Source: an uncultured Actinomycetota bacterium (GTDB taxonomy: Bacteria > Actinomycetota > Actinomycetes > Mycobacteriales > Pseudonocardiaceae). From it: a DNA stretch of 64,000 bases. Both the position numbers and the translations under genes were made by a program. Positions 10,426-20,062 of this stretch are shown piece by piece. The stretch covers positions 140,779-204,778 of the forward strand of contig CAWIOI010000001.1 of assembly GCA_963837575.1 (NCBI GenBank). The letters run 5' to 3'. Numbering within the stretch: position 1 is the first letter of the stretch; each line of letters starts with the position of its first letter. A model generated the notes under the pieces. The model searched no databases. It was not told the DNA's origin and worked only from the letters and a program-made list of their open reading frames with translations.

Positions 10426-10486
10426 GATCACCGGTTCGGTGCGTAGACCGGCCAGATATGGCCGTTATCGCACCGAACCGGTGATC
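10426..10486. repeat. REP-like long inverted repeat
   Basis: GATCACCGGTTCGGTGCG (10426-10443) pairs perfectly with CGCACCGAACCGGTGATC (10469-10486); inner GGCCA/TGGCC stem. Confidence 0.8.
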
Positions 10487-10517
10487 AAGCGCGGGCGGGC
10501 CGCACTACGCTCTCCGC

Positions 10518-11285
10518 ATGGCTCGTGTGCGCCCCGGAGAGGCCGCCAACCCCGCTCCGCCGACGGTCGCGCGCGTCCGGCTGCGGTTCGCCAAGCGCGG
10601 GCGGCTGCGGTTCCTTTCCCACCGCGACATCGCCCGCAGCTTCGAGCGCGCCGTGCGCCGGGCGGGCCTTCCGGTGGCGCACTCGCACGGCTTCAGCCCG
10701 CATCCGCGGCTGTCCTGGGTCGGCGCGGCACCCACCGGGGCGGCGAGCGAGGCGGAGTACGTCGAGATCGGGCTCACCGAAGCCGTCGAGCCCGCAGCGG
10801 TGGCGAGCGCGCTGGACGCGGCCCTCCCCGACGGCCTCGACGTCCTCGCCGCAGCTCGCGCGGGCGGCGCCGCGCTGGCTGACCGCATCGACGCGAGCCG
10901 CTGGACCATCGAGCTGCCGGGGGTTGCGCCCGCCGTGCTGCGGACAGCGCTTGCCGCCCTGCTCGCGCGCGAGTCCGTGGTGGTCGAGCGGGTGACCCCC
11001 TCCGGGCGCAGGCACGTCGACGTGCGGGCCGCCCTCGTCGACGCCCAGGTGGTTGAGGGCGTGACGGCGACCAGCGATGTCGATGTCTGTGCGATACTGA
11101 CGGCGGTCGTGCGGCAGACGACACCCGCCGTTCGACCCGACGACGTGTTGGGCGCACTCGACGTTGTCGCGGACCTACGGCCCCCGGTGCCCCCGAAGGC
11201 GACCCGGACGGCCCAGGGTCTGCTCGATGACGGAGGTGGCCTCGCCGATCCGCTCGGCCCCGACCGGGTCACCACCCGGGCCTGA
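10518..11285 (+). CDS. TIGR03936 radical SAM-linked protein (DUF2344)
   Basis: LRFAKRGRLRFLSHRD, GFSPHPRLS, SEAEYVEI, VRPDDVL. Confidence 0.92.
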   Translation: MARVRPGEAANPAPPTVARVRLRFAKRGRLRFLSHRDIARSFERAVRRAGLPVAHSHGFSPHPRLSWVGAAPTGAASEAEYVEIGLTEAVEPAAVASALDAALPDGLDVLAAARAGGAALADRIDASRWTIELPGVAPAVLRTALAALLARESVVVERVTPSGRRHVDVRAALVDAQVVEGVTATSDVDVCAILTAVVRQTTPAVRPDDVLGALDVVADLRPPVPPKATRTAQGLLDDGGGLADPLGPDRVTTRA

Positions 11286-11420
11286 CGAACGGACGGCGTC
11301 GCCGTCGAGCACCACCGCATGAACACCAGGATTGCCCGTCGCGCACCGCGCGACGCGGAGTAGGAGCACGTACCCCTGCGCGGCCGCCCTCCACGGGGCG
11401 CCCGGGGGTGAAGGAGCTGC

Positions 11421-14245
11421 ATGTCGAAGAACGAATCGCCTGCCGGAAGCGCCGGCGGGCCCGTCGCCTTGCCCGAGCTGTCCAACCTCCCCGAGAAGCT
11501 GCGGGTGCATGCACTGGCCAAGCTGATCGGGGTCACGAGCAGGGAGGTGCTCGCCGCCCTCAGCGGGCTCGGCCACGAGGCGCGGAGCGTCCAGTCCAAC
11601 ATCGAACGCAAGATCGTCGAGCAGGTCATCGGCGCGCTGGTCCCCGGCGCCGCCGACGCACCCGCCGAGGGGGAGTCCGCGCCGGAGCCTTCCGCCGTGC
11701 TCGCGCCCGTGTTCGCGCCCCCGGCGCCGCTGTTCCAGGCGCCCGTGCGGCCCGCGGACGACGCCCCCGCCGATGCCCCGCCGTCGCGGCGCCGCCGCCG
11801 GGGGAAGGCCGAGGAGCCCGTCACGGCGCCCGCGGAGGAGCCCGTCGCCGACGAGGACACCGACGACGACACGGCCACGGACGAATCAGACGACTCCGAC
11901 TCCGGAGACGAGGGCGACGACAGCAGCCGTCGTCGGCGTCGTCGGGGCCGTCGGGGCCGCGGCCGGGGCCGTGGTGGCGACGAGTCCGACGAGAACGAGA
12001 ACGAGGCCGAGTCCGACGCGGGCGAGGAGTCGGACGAGGACGCCGAGGAGGACGAGCCCGAGGCGAGCGAGGGCAGCCGCCGTCGTCGGCGTCGTCGTCG
12101 GCGCCGCGGATCCGGCGACGACACCGCCGACACGGCCGACGACGACCCGCCCGGCACCGTCGTCCGCGTCCGCGCCCCGCGCGAGACCCGCGACGACGAC
12201 GGCGGCGACGGCGTGCAGAGCGTCCGCGGCTCCACCCGCCTGGAGGCCAAGCGCCAGCGCCGCCGCGACGGCCGCGACGCGGGCAGGCGCCGTCAGCCGA
12301 TCCTGTCCGAGGCCGAGTTCCTGGCCCGGCGCGAGTCGGTGGAGCGCACGATGGTGGTGCGGGAGCGCGGCAGCCGCGTCGAGATCGGCGTGCTGGAGGA
12401 CGACGTGCTCGTCGAGCACTTCGTCACCGGGCGCGACGGCGGCTCGCTGGTCGGCAACGTCTACCTCGGCCGCGTGCAGAACGTGCTGCCGTCGATGGAG
12501 GCCGCGTTCGTCGACATCGGGCGGGGGCGCAACGCCGTGCTCTACGCGGGCGAGGTCGACTGGGACGCCGCGGGCCTGGGCGGCAAGTCCCGGCGCATCG
12601 AGCAGGCCCTCTCGACCGGCGACAGCGTGCTCGTGCAGGTCACGAAGGACCCGATCGGGCACAAGGGCGCCCGGCTCACCACCCAGATCAGCCTCGCGGG
12701 CCGGTTCCTCGTCTACGTGCCCTCCGGCGGGGCGGCAGGCATCAGCCGCAAGCTGCCCGACGTCGAGCGGCGCAGGCTCAAGGACATGCTCCGCGACATC
12801 GTGCCCAGCGAGGCCGGTGTGATCATCCGCACGGCGTCGGAGGGCGTCAGCCAGGAGGCCCTCGAACGCGACGTCCGGCGGCTGCAGGCCCAGTGGGACG
12901 TCGTCAAGACCAAGTCCGAGCAGACCGGGCCGGGCAGGCCGAAGGCGCCCGCGCTGCTCTACGAAGAGCCCGATCTGCTGATCAAGGTCGTGCGCGACCA
13001 GTTCAACGAGGACTTCGCCCGGCTCGTCGTGCAGGGCGACGACGCGTGGGACACGCTGCACGGCTACCTGGCCCACGTCGCGCCCGAGCTGGCCGAGCGC
13101 ATGCACCGCCACGTCGGCAACCAGGACGTGTTCAACGCCTACCGCATCGACGAGCAGCTGCTCAAGGCGCTCGACCGCAAGGTGTGGCTGCCCTCCGGCG
13201 GCACCCTGGTGATCGACCGCACCGAGGCGATGACCGTCATCGACGTCAACACCGGCAAGTTCACCGGGTCCGGCGGCAACCTCGAGGAGACGGTCACCCG
13301 CAACAACCTCGAGGCGGCCGAGGAGATCGTGCGGCAGCTGCGGCTGCGCGACGTCGGCGGCATCATCGTGATCGACTTCATTGACATGGTGCTGGAGGCC
13401 AACCGCGACCTGGTGCTGCGGCGGCTCACCGAGTGCCTGGCCCGCGACCGCACGCGTCACCAGGTCGCGGAGGTCACCTCGCTCGGCCTGGTCCAGATGA
13501 CCCGCAAGCGGGTCGGCGGCGGCCTGCTGGAGCACTTCTCCACGCCGTGCGAGCACTGCCGGGGACGCGGCGTGATCGTCGACGCGGAGGCGATCGAGCA
13601 GCTCGACAACCCCAAGCCCGAGGCGGGCGGTAGCCGCAAGACGCGCGGCGCCCGAGGCCGTCGCGGCGACGGTGAGACCAACGGCCACAACGGCAACGGC
13701 CGCGCGGTCAACGGCTCGGGCACCGACGCGGGCCCGGCGGGCGACCACGCCGCCGTGGTGGCGGCCACGGCCGTCATCGCGGCCGCGGGCTCCCGGTCGA
13801 CCGCGCCCACCGCGGTCGCCGACGCGGCACCCGTCGCCGACATCGCGGTGGTGACGGCCGAGCCTGCGGCGCCCGGGGTTGCGGAGCCGCTGGTCGAGGC
13901 GGCGGTCGTCGACGTCGCCGTCGCGGAAGCACCGGCCGAAGAGCCGTCGACGGACGGCTCCGCGGAGCCGTCCGCACCGCGCCGCCGCCGCGGCCGGGTC
14001 ACCCGCACGGCGGGCGCTCCGAGCGTCACCGAGGGCGAGGCGCCTGCCGCCGCGTCGTCGTCACCGTGCCCGCAGGCTCGGTGGCCGCCGCGCAGGCGGC
14101 CGATGCCGCACCGCCGGCGATCGACACGCCGCCGGTGGCGCCGCAGCCCGCGCCCACCGCCGCCACCCGGCCCCGCCGGGGCCGCCGCGCGGCCTCGCGC
14201 CCGGCCGGTCCGCCCGTCGAGGCGAGCGGGGGAGACCCGGTTTGA
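11421..14245 (+). CDS. rne: Ribonuclease E/G; probable 1-nt frameshift near 14050
   Basis: [10 protein letters not shown]-terminus, S1 domain ([23 protein letters not shown]), [19 protein letters not shown]; the usual [11 protein letters not shown] tail lies in another frame ending at TGA 14245 (given ORF runs to 14276). Confidence 0.95.
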
Positions 14246-14271
14246 CCCTCCGCAAAACGCTTCCGTACCCT
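14242..14271 (+). promoter_or_regulatory. Housekeeping-sigma promoter of rplU-rpmA-obgE
   Basis: TTGACC-N18-TACCCT. Confidence 0.7.
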
Positions 14272-14367
14272 GGTAGACGAGAAGCCGCGCATGTCGTCAT
14301 GTCAGCTGCGGCCTGCGGGCGCGGCCCGCGCTACGACCTACACCTCGAGCTTTGGAGCAGTGCGTCG

Positions 14368-14676
14368 ATGTACGCGATCGTCAAGACGGGCGGTAAGCAG
14401 TACAAGGTGGCCTCAGGTGACATCGTCGCCGTCGAGAAGATCGACGGCCCGGTCGGCACCGAGGTGGCCCTCCCGGCCCTGCTGCTGGTCGACGGCGAGG
14501 ACGTCGTCACCGACGCGGCCGCTCTCGCGGGCGCCTCGGTCACCGTGAAGGTCGTCGAGCACACCAAGGGCCCGAAGATCCGCATCCACAAGTTCAAGAA
14601 CAAGACCGGCTACCACAAGCGCCAGGGGCATCGTCAGCCGCTGACGCGGGTGCAGGTCACGGGCATCACGAAGTAG
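14368..14676 (+). CDS. rplU: 50S ribosomal protein L21
   Basis: [14 protein letters not shown]...[14 protein letters not shown]. Confidence 0.99.
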   Translation: MYAIVKTGGKQYKVASGDIVAVEKIDGPVGTEVALPALLLVDGEDVVTDAAALAGASVTVKVVEHTKGPKIRIHKFKNKTGYHKRQGHRQPLTRVQVTGITK

Positions 14677-14691
14677 GGGACGACGCGAGGT

Positions 14692-14949
14692 ATGGCACAC
14701 AAGAAGGGTGCGTCCAGCTCGCGCAACGGGCGCGATTCCAACGCACAGCGCCTGGGCGTGAAGCGCTTCGGCGGTCAGACCGTCAACGCGGGTGAGATCC
14801 TCGTCCGCCAGCGCGGCACCAAGTTCCACCCCGGCACCGGTGTCGGCCGCGGCGGCGACGACACACTGTTCGCGCTGGTCGAGGGCGCGGTTGAGTTCGG
14901 TTACGCGCGCGGCCGCAAGGTCGTGAACGTGGTGCCGGTCTCCGCCTGA
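14692..14949 (+). CDS. rpmA: 50S ribosomal protein L27
   Basis: [28 protein letters not shown]. Confidence 0.99.
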   Translation: MAHKKGASSSRNGRDSNAQRLGVKRFGGQTVNAGEILVRQRGTKFHPGTGVGRGGDDTLFALVEGAVEFGYARGRKVVNVVPVSA

Positions 14950-14955
14950 GGTCCT

Positions 14956-16431
14956 GTGGCCAAGTTCGTCGACCGCGTGGTGCTGCACGCCACGGCGGGG
15001 GCGGGCGGCAACGGCTGCGCCTCGGTGCACCGTGAGAAGTTCAAGCCCCTCGGCGGTCCCGACGGGGGCAACGGCGGACGGGGCGGCTCGGTCGTGCTCG
15101 TCGTCGACCCGGGCGTGCACACCCTGCTCGACTTCCACCATCGCCCACACGCCCTCGCCCGCAGCGGCAAGCAGGGCCAGGGCGGGTTCAAGGCGGGCGC
15201 CAACGCCGAGGACCTGGAGCTGCGCGTCCCCGACGGCACGGTCGTGTTCGACACGGCGGGCGAGGTCGTCGCCGATCTCGTCGGCTCCGGCACTCGTTTC
15301 GTCGCCGCGGAGGGCGGTCGCGGCGGCCTCGGCAACGCGGCGCTGGCCTCCGCCGCCCGCAAAGCCCCTGGTTTCGCGCTGCTCGGCGAACCCGGCGAGA
15401 CCCGCGAGCTCGTGCTGGAGCTGCGGTCGATGGCCGACGTCGGGCTGCTCGGGTTCCCGTCGGCAGGCAAGTCGTCGCTGGTCGCGGCGCTGTCCGCGGC
15501 TCGTCCGAAGATCGCCGACTACCCGTTCACCACGCTCGTGCCGCAGCTCGGCGTCGTCACCGCGGGCAGTGACGAGCGAGTGTTCACGGTCGCCGACGTG
15601 CCGGGCCTGATCCCGGGCGCATCCGAGGGCCGGGGGCTCGGGCTGGACTTCCTCCGGCACATCGAGCGCTGCTCCGTGCTCGTGCACGTCGTCGACTGCG
15701 CCACGTTCGAGCCCGGCCGCGACCCGGTGTCGGACATCCAGGCGCTCGAGGACGAGCTCGCCCGCTACACGCCCGCGCTGGGCGGCGAGCTCGCGGCGCG
15801 GCCGCGGCTGGTCGCGCTCAACAAGATCGACGTGCCGGACGCGCTGGAGCTCGCCGAGATCGTCACCCCGGACGTCGTCGCCCGGTTCGGCTGGCCCGTG
15901 TACCCGATCTCGACCGCGAGCCGGGCCGGGCTGCGCGAGCTCACGTTCGCCATGGCCGCCGCGGTGCACGAAGTGCGGGCCGCGCAACCGGTCGCCGAAC
16001 CGACCCGGGTGGTGCTGCGCCCGCTGGCCGTCGACGACGCGGGCTTCACGATCGAACCCGACCCGGAGATCGACGGCGGGTTCGTCGTGCGCGGCGCCCG
16101 TCCGGAGCGCTGGATCCGGCAGACCGCGTTCGACAACGACGAGGCCGTCGGCTACCTCGGCGACCGGCTCAACCGCCTCGGGGTCGAGGACGCGCTCGCC
16201 GCGGCCGGTGCCGTGCCCGGCTGCCCGGTGACGATCGGCGACGTCACCTTCGACTGGGAGCCCAGCACCCCCGCAGGCGTCGCGGTCATGCTGTCCGGTC
16301 GCGGCACCGACCGGCGGCTGGAGCGCAGCGACAGGATCGGGGCGGACGAACGCAAGGCGGCCCGGGCCCAGCGGCGGGTGCACCGCACCGACGCCGAGCT
16401 CGCCCTGGAGCGGCCCGCCGAGGACGAGTAG
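14956..16431 (+). CDS. obgE: GTPase ObgE/CgtA
   Basis: [41 protein letters not shown]-terminal OCT domain. Confidence 0.98.
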   Translation: MAKFVDRVVLHATAGAGGNGCASVHREKFKPLGGPDGGNGGRGGSVVLVVDPGVHTLLDFHHRPHALARSGKQGQGGFKAGANAEDLELRVPDGTVVFDTAGEVVADLVGSGTRFVAAEGGRGGLGNAALASAARKAPGFALLGEPGETRELVLELRSMADVGLLGFPSAGKSSLVAALSAARPKIADYPFTTLVPQLGVVTAGSDERVFTVADVPGLIPGASEGRGLGLDFLRHIERCSVLVHVVDCATFEPGRDPVSDIQALEDELARYTPALGGELAARPRLVALNKIDVPDALELAEIVTPDVVARFGWPVYPISTASRAGLRELTFAMAAAVHEVRAAQPVAEPTRVVLRPLAVDDAGFTIEPDPEIDGGFVVRGARPERWIRQTAFDNDEAVGYLGDRLNRLGVEDALAAAGAVPGCPVTIGDVTFDWEPSTPAGVAVMLSGRGTDRRLERSDRIGADERKAARAQRRVHRTDAELALERPAEDE

Positions 16432-16460
16432 TGGCGCGCCCGCCCCGCACATCGGAGCGA

Positions 16461-16497
16461 GGTGCCCCTGCTGCGACCGGGTCGGAGCAGTGGGCCC
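16461..16497. repeat. Imperfect REP-like palindrome between obgE and proB
   Basis: GCCCCTGCTGCGACC / GGTCGGAGCAGTGGGC arms. Confidence 0.5.
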
Positions 16498-16519
16498 CTG
16501 CTGTGACGGCGGGCGCGCC

Positions 16520-17632
16520 GTGACCCGCCCGGCACTCGCGGCCGCCCGGCGGGTGGTCGTGAAGGTGGGGTCGTCGTCGCTCACGTCACTGACCGGTGGT
16601 CTCGACCCGGCCCGGCTCGACGCGCTCGTCGACGCGCTCGCCAAACGCCGCGCCGAGGGCAGCCAGGTGGTGCTCGTCTCGTCGGGGGCGATCGCGGCCG
16701 GGCTCGCGCCGCTCGGGCTGCCCCGCAGGCCCCGCGACCTCGCCACCCAACAGGCGGCGGCCGCCGTCGGCCAGCTCCTGCTCGCGGAGGCGTACGCGGG
16801 CTCGTTCGCCCGCTACGGGCAGGCCATCGGCCAGGTGCTGCTCACCGCCGACGACATGATCCGCCGGGCCCACTACCGCAACGCGCAGCGCACCCTGGAA
16901 CGCCTGCTCGGGCTCGACGTGCTGCCCGTGGTGAACGAGAACGACACGGTCGCCACCGACGAGATCCGGGTGGGCGACAACGACCGGCTCGCCGCGCTCG
17001 TCGCCCACATCGTCGGCGCCGACGCGCTCGTGCTGCTCTCCGACGTCGACGGCCTGTACGACGGCGACCCGCGCGCCGCGCACGCCCGGCTGCTGCGCGA
17101 CGTGGACGCGCCGACCGAGCTCGACGCCGTCACCGTGGCCCGCACCGGGAGCGGGCTCGGCCGCGGCGGCATGGCCACCAAGATCACCGCGGCGGCGATG
17201 GCGGCGGCCTCGGGAGTGCCGGTGCTGCTCGCGGCGGCCGAGATGGCGGGCGCCGCGCTCGACACGTCCGCGTCCGGACCGATGGTCGGCACGGCGTTCC
17301 GGCCGTCGGGCAGGCGGATGTCGGCGCGCCGGTTCTGGCTGCGCCACGCCGCCGACGTGCGGGGCCGCCTCGACATCGACGCGGGCGCCGTCGCCGCGGT
17401 GCTCGACCGGCGGCGCTCGTTGCTCGCGGCGGGCATCCACGGCATCGCGGGCGAGTTCGTGGCAGGCGACGTCGTCGACCTCGTCGGGCCGCACGGCGCC
17501 GTCGTCGCCCGCGGCGTGGTCGGCTTCGACGCCGCCGAGCTGCCCGCGATGATCGGCAAGCGCAGCCGCGACCTGCCCGCCGAGCAGCGGCGCGAGGTGG
17601 TGCACGCCGACGACCTGGTGCCGCTGATTTGA
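16520..17632 (+). CDS. proB: Glutamate 5-kinase
   Basis: [36 protein letters not shown] domain. Confidence 0.97.
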   Translation: MTRPALAAARRVVVKVGSSSLTSLTGGLDPARLDALVDALAKRRAEGSQVVLVSSGAIAAGLAPLGLPRRPRDLATQQAAAAVGQLLLAEAYAGSFARYGQAIGQVLLTADDMIRRAHYRNAQRTLERLLGLDVLPVVNENDTVATDEIRVGDNDRLAALVAHIVGADALVLLSDVDGLYDGDPRAAHARLLRDVDAPTELDAVTVARTGSGLGRGGMATKITAAAMAAASGVPVLLAAAEMAGAALDTSASGPMVGTAFRPSGRRMSARRFWLRHAADVRGRLDIDAGAVAAVLDRRRSLLAAGIHGIAGEFVAGDVVDLVGPHGAVVARGVVGFDAAELPAMIGKRSRDLPAEQRREVVHADDLVPLI

Positions 17633-17699
17633 GGTCGCGCGAGGCTCCGTAAAGTGCCCCCACGCCATCTGGATACTTCCGCGCAGACGTGAGGCCGCG

Positions 17700-18614
17700 A
17701 TGACAGCACCATCTCCGGGATTGCAGCGGAACGACATCTCCGCCATCGGCCGAAGCGCTTCGGACGTCTCCGCTCGTGGGCAGCGGGTGACCAAGAGGCT
17801 CATTCGGACCGAGCTGCTGACGCTCATCCTCGCAGGCGTCGCAGGCCTTTTCACCTTTCGCGTCGGCCCCGCCCACCTCGACGTGCCCGCGGCCGTTGCG
17901 GGGCTCCTCTTCCTCGGTTCGCTGTTCAGCCTCATCTATCGTTCGCTCACGAAACCGGAGAGGGATTGGTATTCCGGTCGGGCCGCCGCCGAGTCGGTGC
18001 GCACCCTGGCGTGGCGTTACGCGGTCGGCGGCAAGCCCTTCCCGACCGAATTGCCCGACAACGAGGCGGCGGAACGCTACTTGGCTCGGCTCAGGTCGGT
18101 CCTGCGTGAACTGCAGGACACCGAGCTGGTTGCGACAGCGCCGACCGACAGCGAGCTGACACCCGCCATGAAGACCCTGCGTGCGGCGTCGTTCGCCGAT
18201 CGTCAAGCGGCGTACCGGCGCGACCGTGTCCAGGACCAGATCGACTGGTACACCTCACGAGCCGACAAGCACGAACGGGCCGCCGACTTCTGGCTGCGCA
18301 CCGCCGCGGCCGCGAGTGTGCTCGGCGTGGTCGCCGCCATCCTGCGACTCGTCGACGCCTTTGACGTAGACCTGCTGGCCGTCGCGGCGGCCTGTGCCAC
18401 TGCGGCGATCGCCTGGAACCAGCTGAACCAGAATCGCAACCTGGTGACCGCTTATCGGGTCACCGCGCGCGAGCTCGCCATCATTCGTGATCGGCTGGAC
18501 TACGTTGACGAGAGCGAGTGGGCGACCTTCGTGAGCGACGCCGAGGACGCCATCTCCCGCGAGCACACGCTGTGGTTGGCGCGCCACGGACATACCAGCA
18601 TCGGGCATCCGTAG
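17700..18614 (+). CDS. Tandem SLATT (DUF4231; SLATT_3 + SLATT_1 type) 4-TM effector protein
   Basis: Two TM hairpins; WYSGRAAAESVRTLAWRYAVGGKPF; YRRDRVQDQIDWY; AYRVTAREL; FVSDAEDAISREHTLW. Confidence 0.85.
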   Translation: MTAPSPGLQRNDISAIGRSASDVSARGQRVTKRLIRTELLTLILAGVAGLFTFRVGPAHLDVPAAVAGLLFLGSLFSLIYRSLTKPERDWYSGRAAAESVRTLAWRYAVGGKPFPTELPDNEAAERYLARLRSVLRELQDTELVATAPTDSELTPAMKTLRAASFADRQAAYRRDRVQDQIDWYTSRADKHERAADFWLRTAAAASVLGVVAAILRLVDAFDVDLLAVAAACATAAIAWNQLNQNRNLVTAYRVTARELAIIRDRLDYVDESEWATFVSDAEDAISREHTLWLARHGHTSIGHP

Positions 18615-18637
18615 AAATCCCATCCGAGGAGGCGGAG

Positions 18638-19499
18638 ATGGCGGACGGCGGAGAGGTCGACTTCTTCGTCAGCTACACCGCTGCCGATGTCGCGTGGGCG
18701 AAATGGGTCTCGCGCGCCCTCGAACAGGCCGGTTACCGCATCATCGTGCAGGAGTACGACTTCGGCGTCGGCAACTTCGTCGCGCAAATGGAGAACGCCG
18801 TGACCCGCGCCTCCCGGGTCCTGCCCATCCTGTCCGACGCCTACCTCCAGAGCGACTGGGCTCGCGAGGAGTGGACGGCGTACGCCCGCGAGCGCTCGAT
18901 CATCCCGGTGCAGGTGGCGGAGGTCGGCAGCCGTTCGCTGCTCCGTCAGTACACCCGGGTGAACCTGCGTGGGCTGGACGAGCAGGCAGCGCGCCTGCGC
19001 CTGGTGGACAAGCTCCGCAAGCTCGTAGGGCCACCAGCGGCATCTCACGCTGCGCGAACTCGAGGTGCGCCCGAACGACCCCCGGCGGCGGTCGATACTC
19101 GACGGGTTCCCGCCCCGCGGAATCTACGACTTGGCGTGGCGGCACGCGTTGGTCGACGACGAGATCGTCACCATCCCGGTGGACGAGCGCCTGGCCGCCG
19201 CCGCCGACGAGCTGCTGGTCGACCAGCAACGGGGCAGCAGTTATCTTATTTACCCGAGCGGGCATCCGCTCAGTGCGGAAGCCGACCGCGCAGGCCGTGA
19301 GCACATGCCAGCGGCGTGGTTGTACCTGCATTTCCGGGGACGAGACGGCGCGGCGCCGGACGTACTCGAACGGTACGCGGCCATGACCCAACGCCTCCTG
19401 CTCCTCCTGGAGTCCAGCGCGGACGCGACGGACAAGGCCTTCGCCTTGCGTGTCAAGGATTGGGCCGCAGACGGTGGCGGGGAGGATCCCGAGGAATGA
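18638..19499 (+). CDS. TIR domain protein with unknown C-terminal domain; frameshift near 19030
   Basis: DFFVSYTAADVAWAKWV...LSDAYLQSDWAREEW (catalytic Glu)...IIPVQV; GGAGG RBS; continues in the frame of ORF 19065..19499 (HQRHLTLRELEVRPND...). Confidence 0.85.
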
Positions 19500-20015
19500 G
19501 GGACCGCAGGCTGGACAAGGCGGACGGCCTCGCCGACGAGGCCCGCAGGCTCTCCGCCGCGGGCGACCACGCGGGCGCCGAGCGCCTGCATCGTCAGGCG
19601 ATAGCACTGTGTCGCGAGGTGTACGCCGAACAGGAGCTCGACGCGGAAGACGGCGTCGCCGACCCGGTGGAGCAGGGGGTAGCGGCGCACGCGCTGGCCG
19701 ACCACCTCGGATCGGCCCTTGGAGCGGGAAGTGGAGGAGGTGCTGCGGATCCTGCGACGGCAGGTCGAGGGCTCGCGGCGCGGCCAGTGGTGGGCCTGGT
19801 CGGACCTCGGCCTGCTCAGCCTGCTGATCGGGCGGCAGGCGGACGCCGACTGGGCGTACGACCGCTACCTGAACTGCAAACCGCGCAAGGTCGACATCAC
19901 CTCGACGGTCGACATCCTGCATCGGCTGCGCCGCGCGGTCGAGCCGATCCAGCCCGACCAGGCCGCCGCTGTCGGCGCCGCGGCCGAGCGGCTTGAGGCG
20001 GCGATGGTCAGGTGA
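19496..20015 (+). CDS. Small helical TPR-like protein; frameshift or internal deletion near 19715
   Basis: ATGA coupling to the TIR gene; AERLHRQAIALC and WAWSDLGLLSLLIGRQADADWAY helical-repeat patterns in two frames. Confidence 0.55.
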
Positions 20016-20062
20016 CGCGTCGTCGTCGGCGACGCTCCCTCGCGACTCTCTAGGGTGCAGCG

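Noticed and set aside
14050-14276. Novel Arg/Pro-rich RNase E tail
   Set aside because: Out-of-frame read-through overlapping the rplU promoter; the usual tail is in another frame ending at 14245
19020-19045. Programmed ribosomal frameshift in the TIR gene
   Set aside because: No slippery heptamer, and similar indels occur throughout the window
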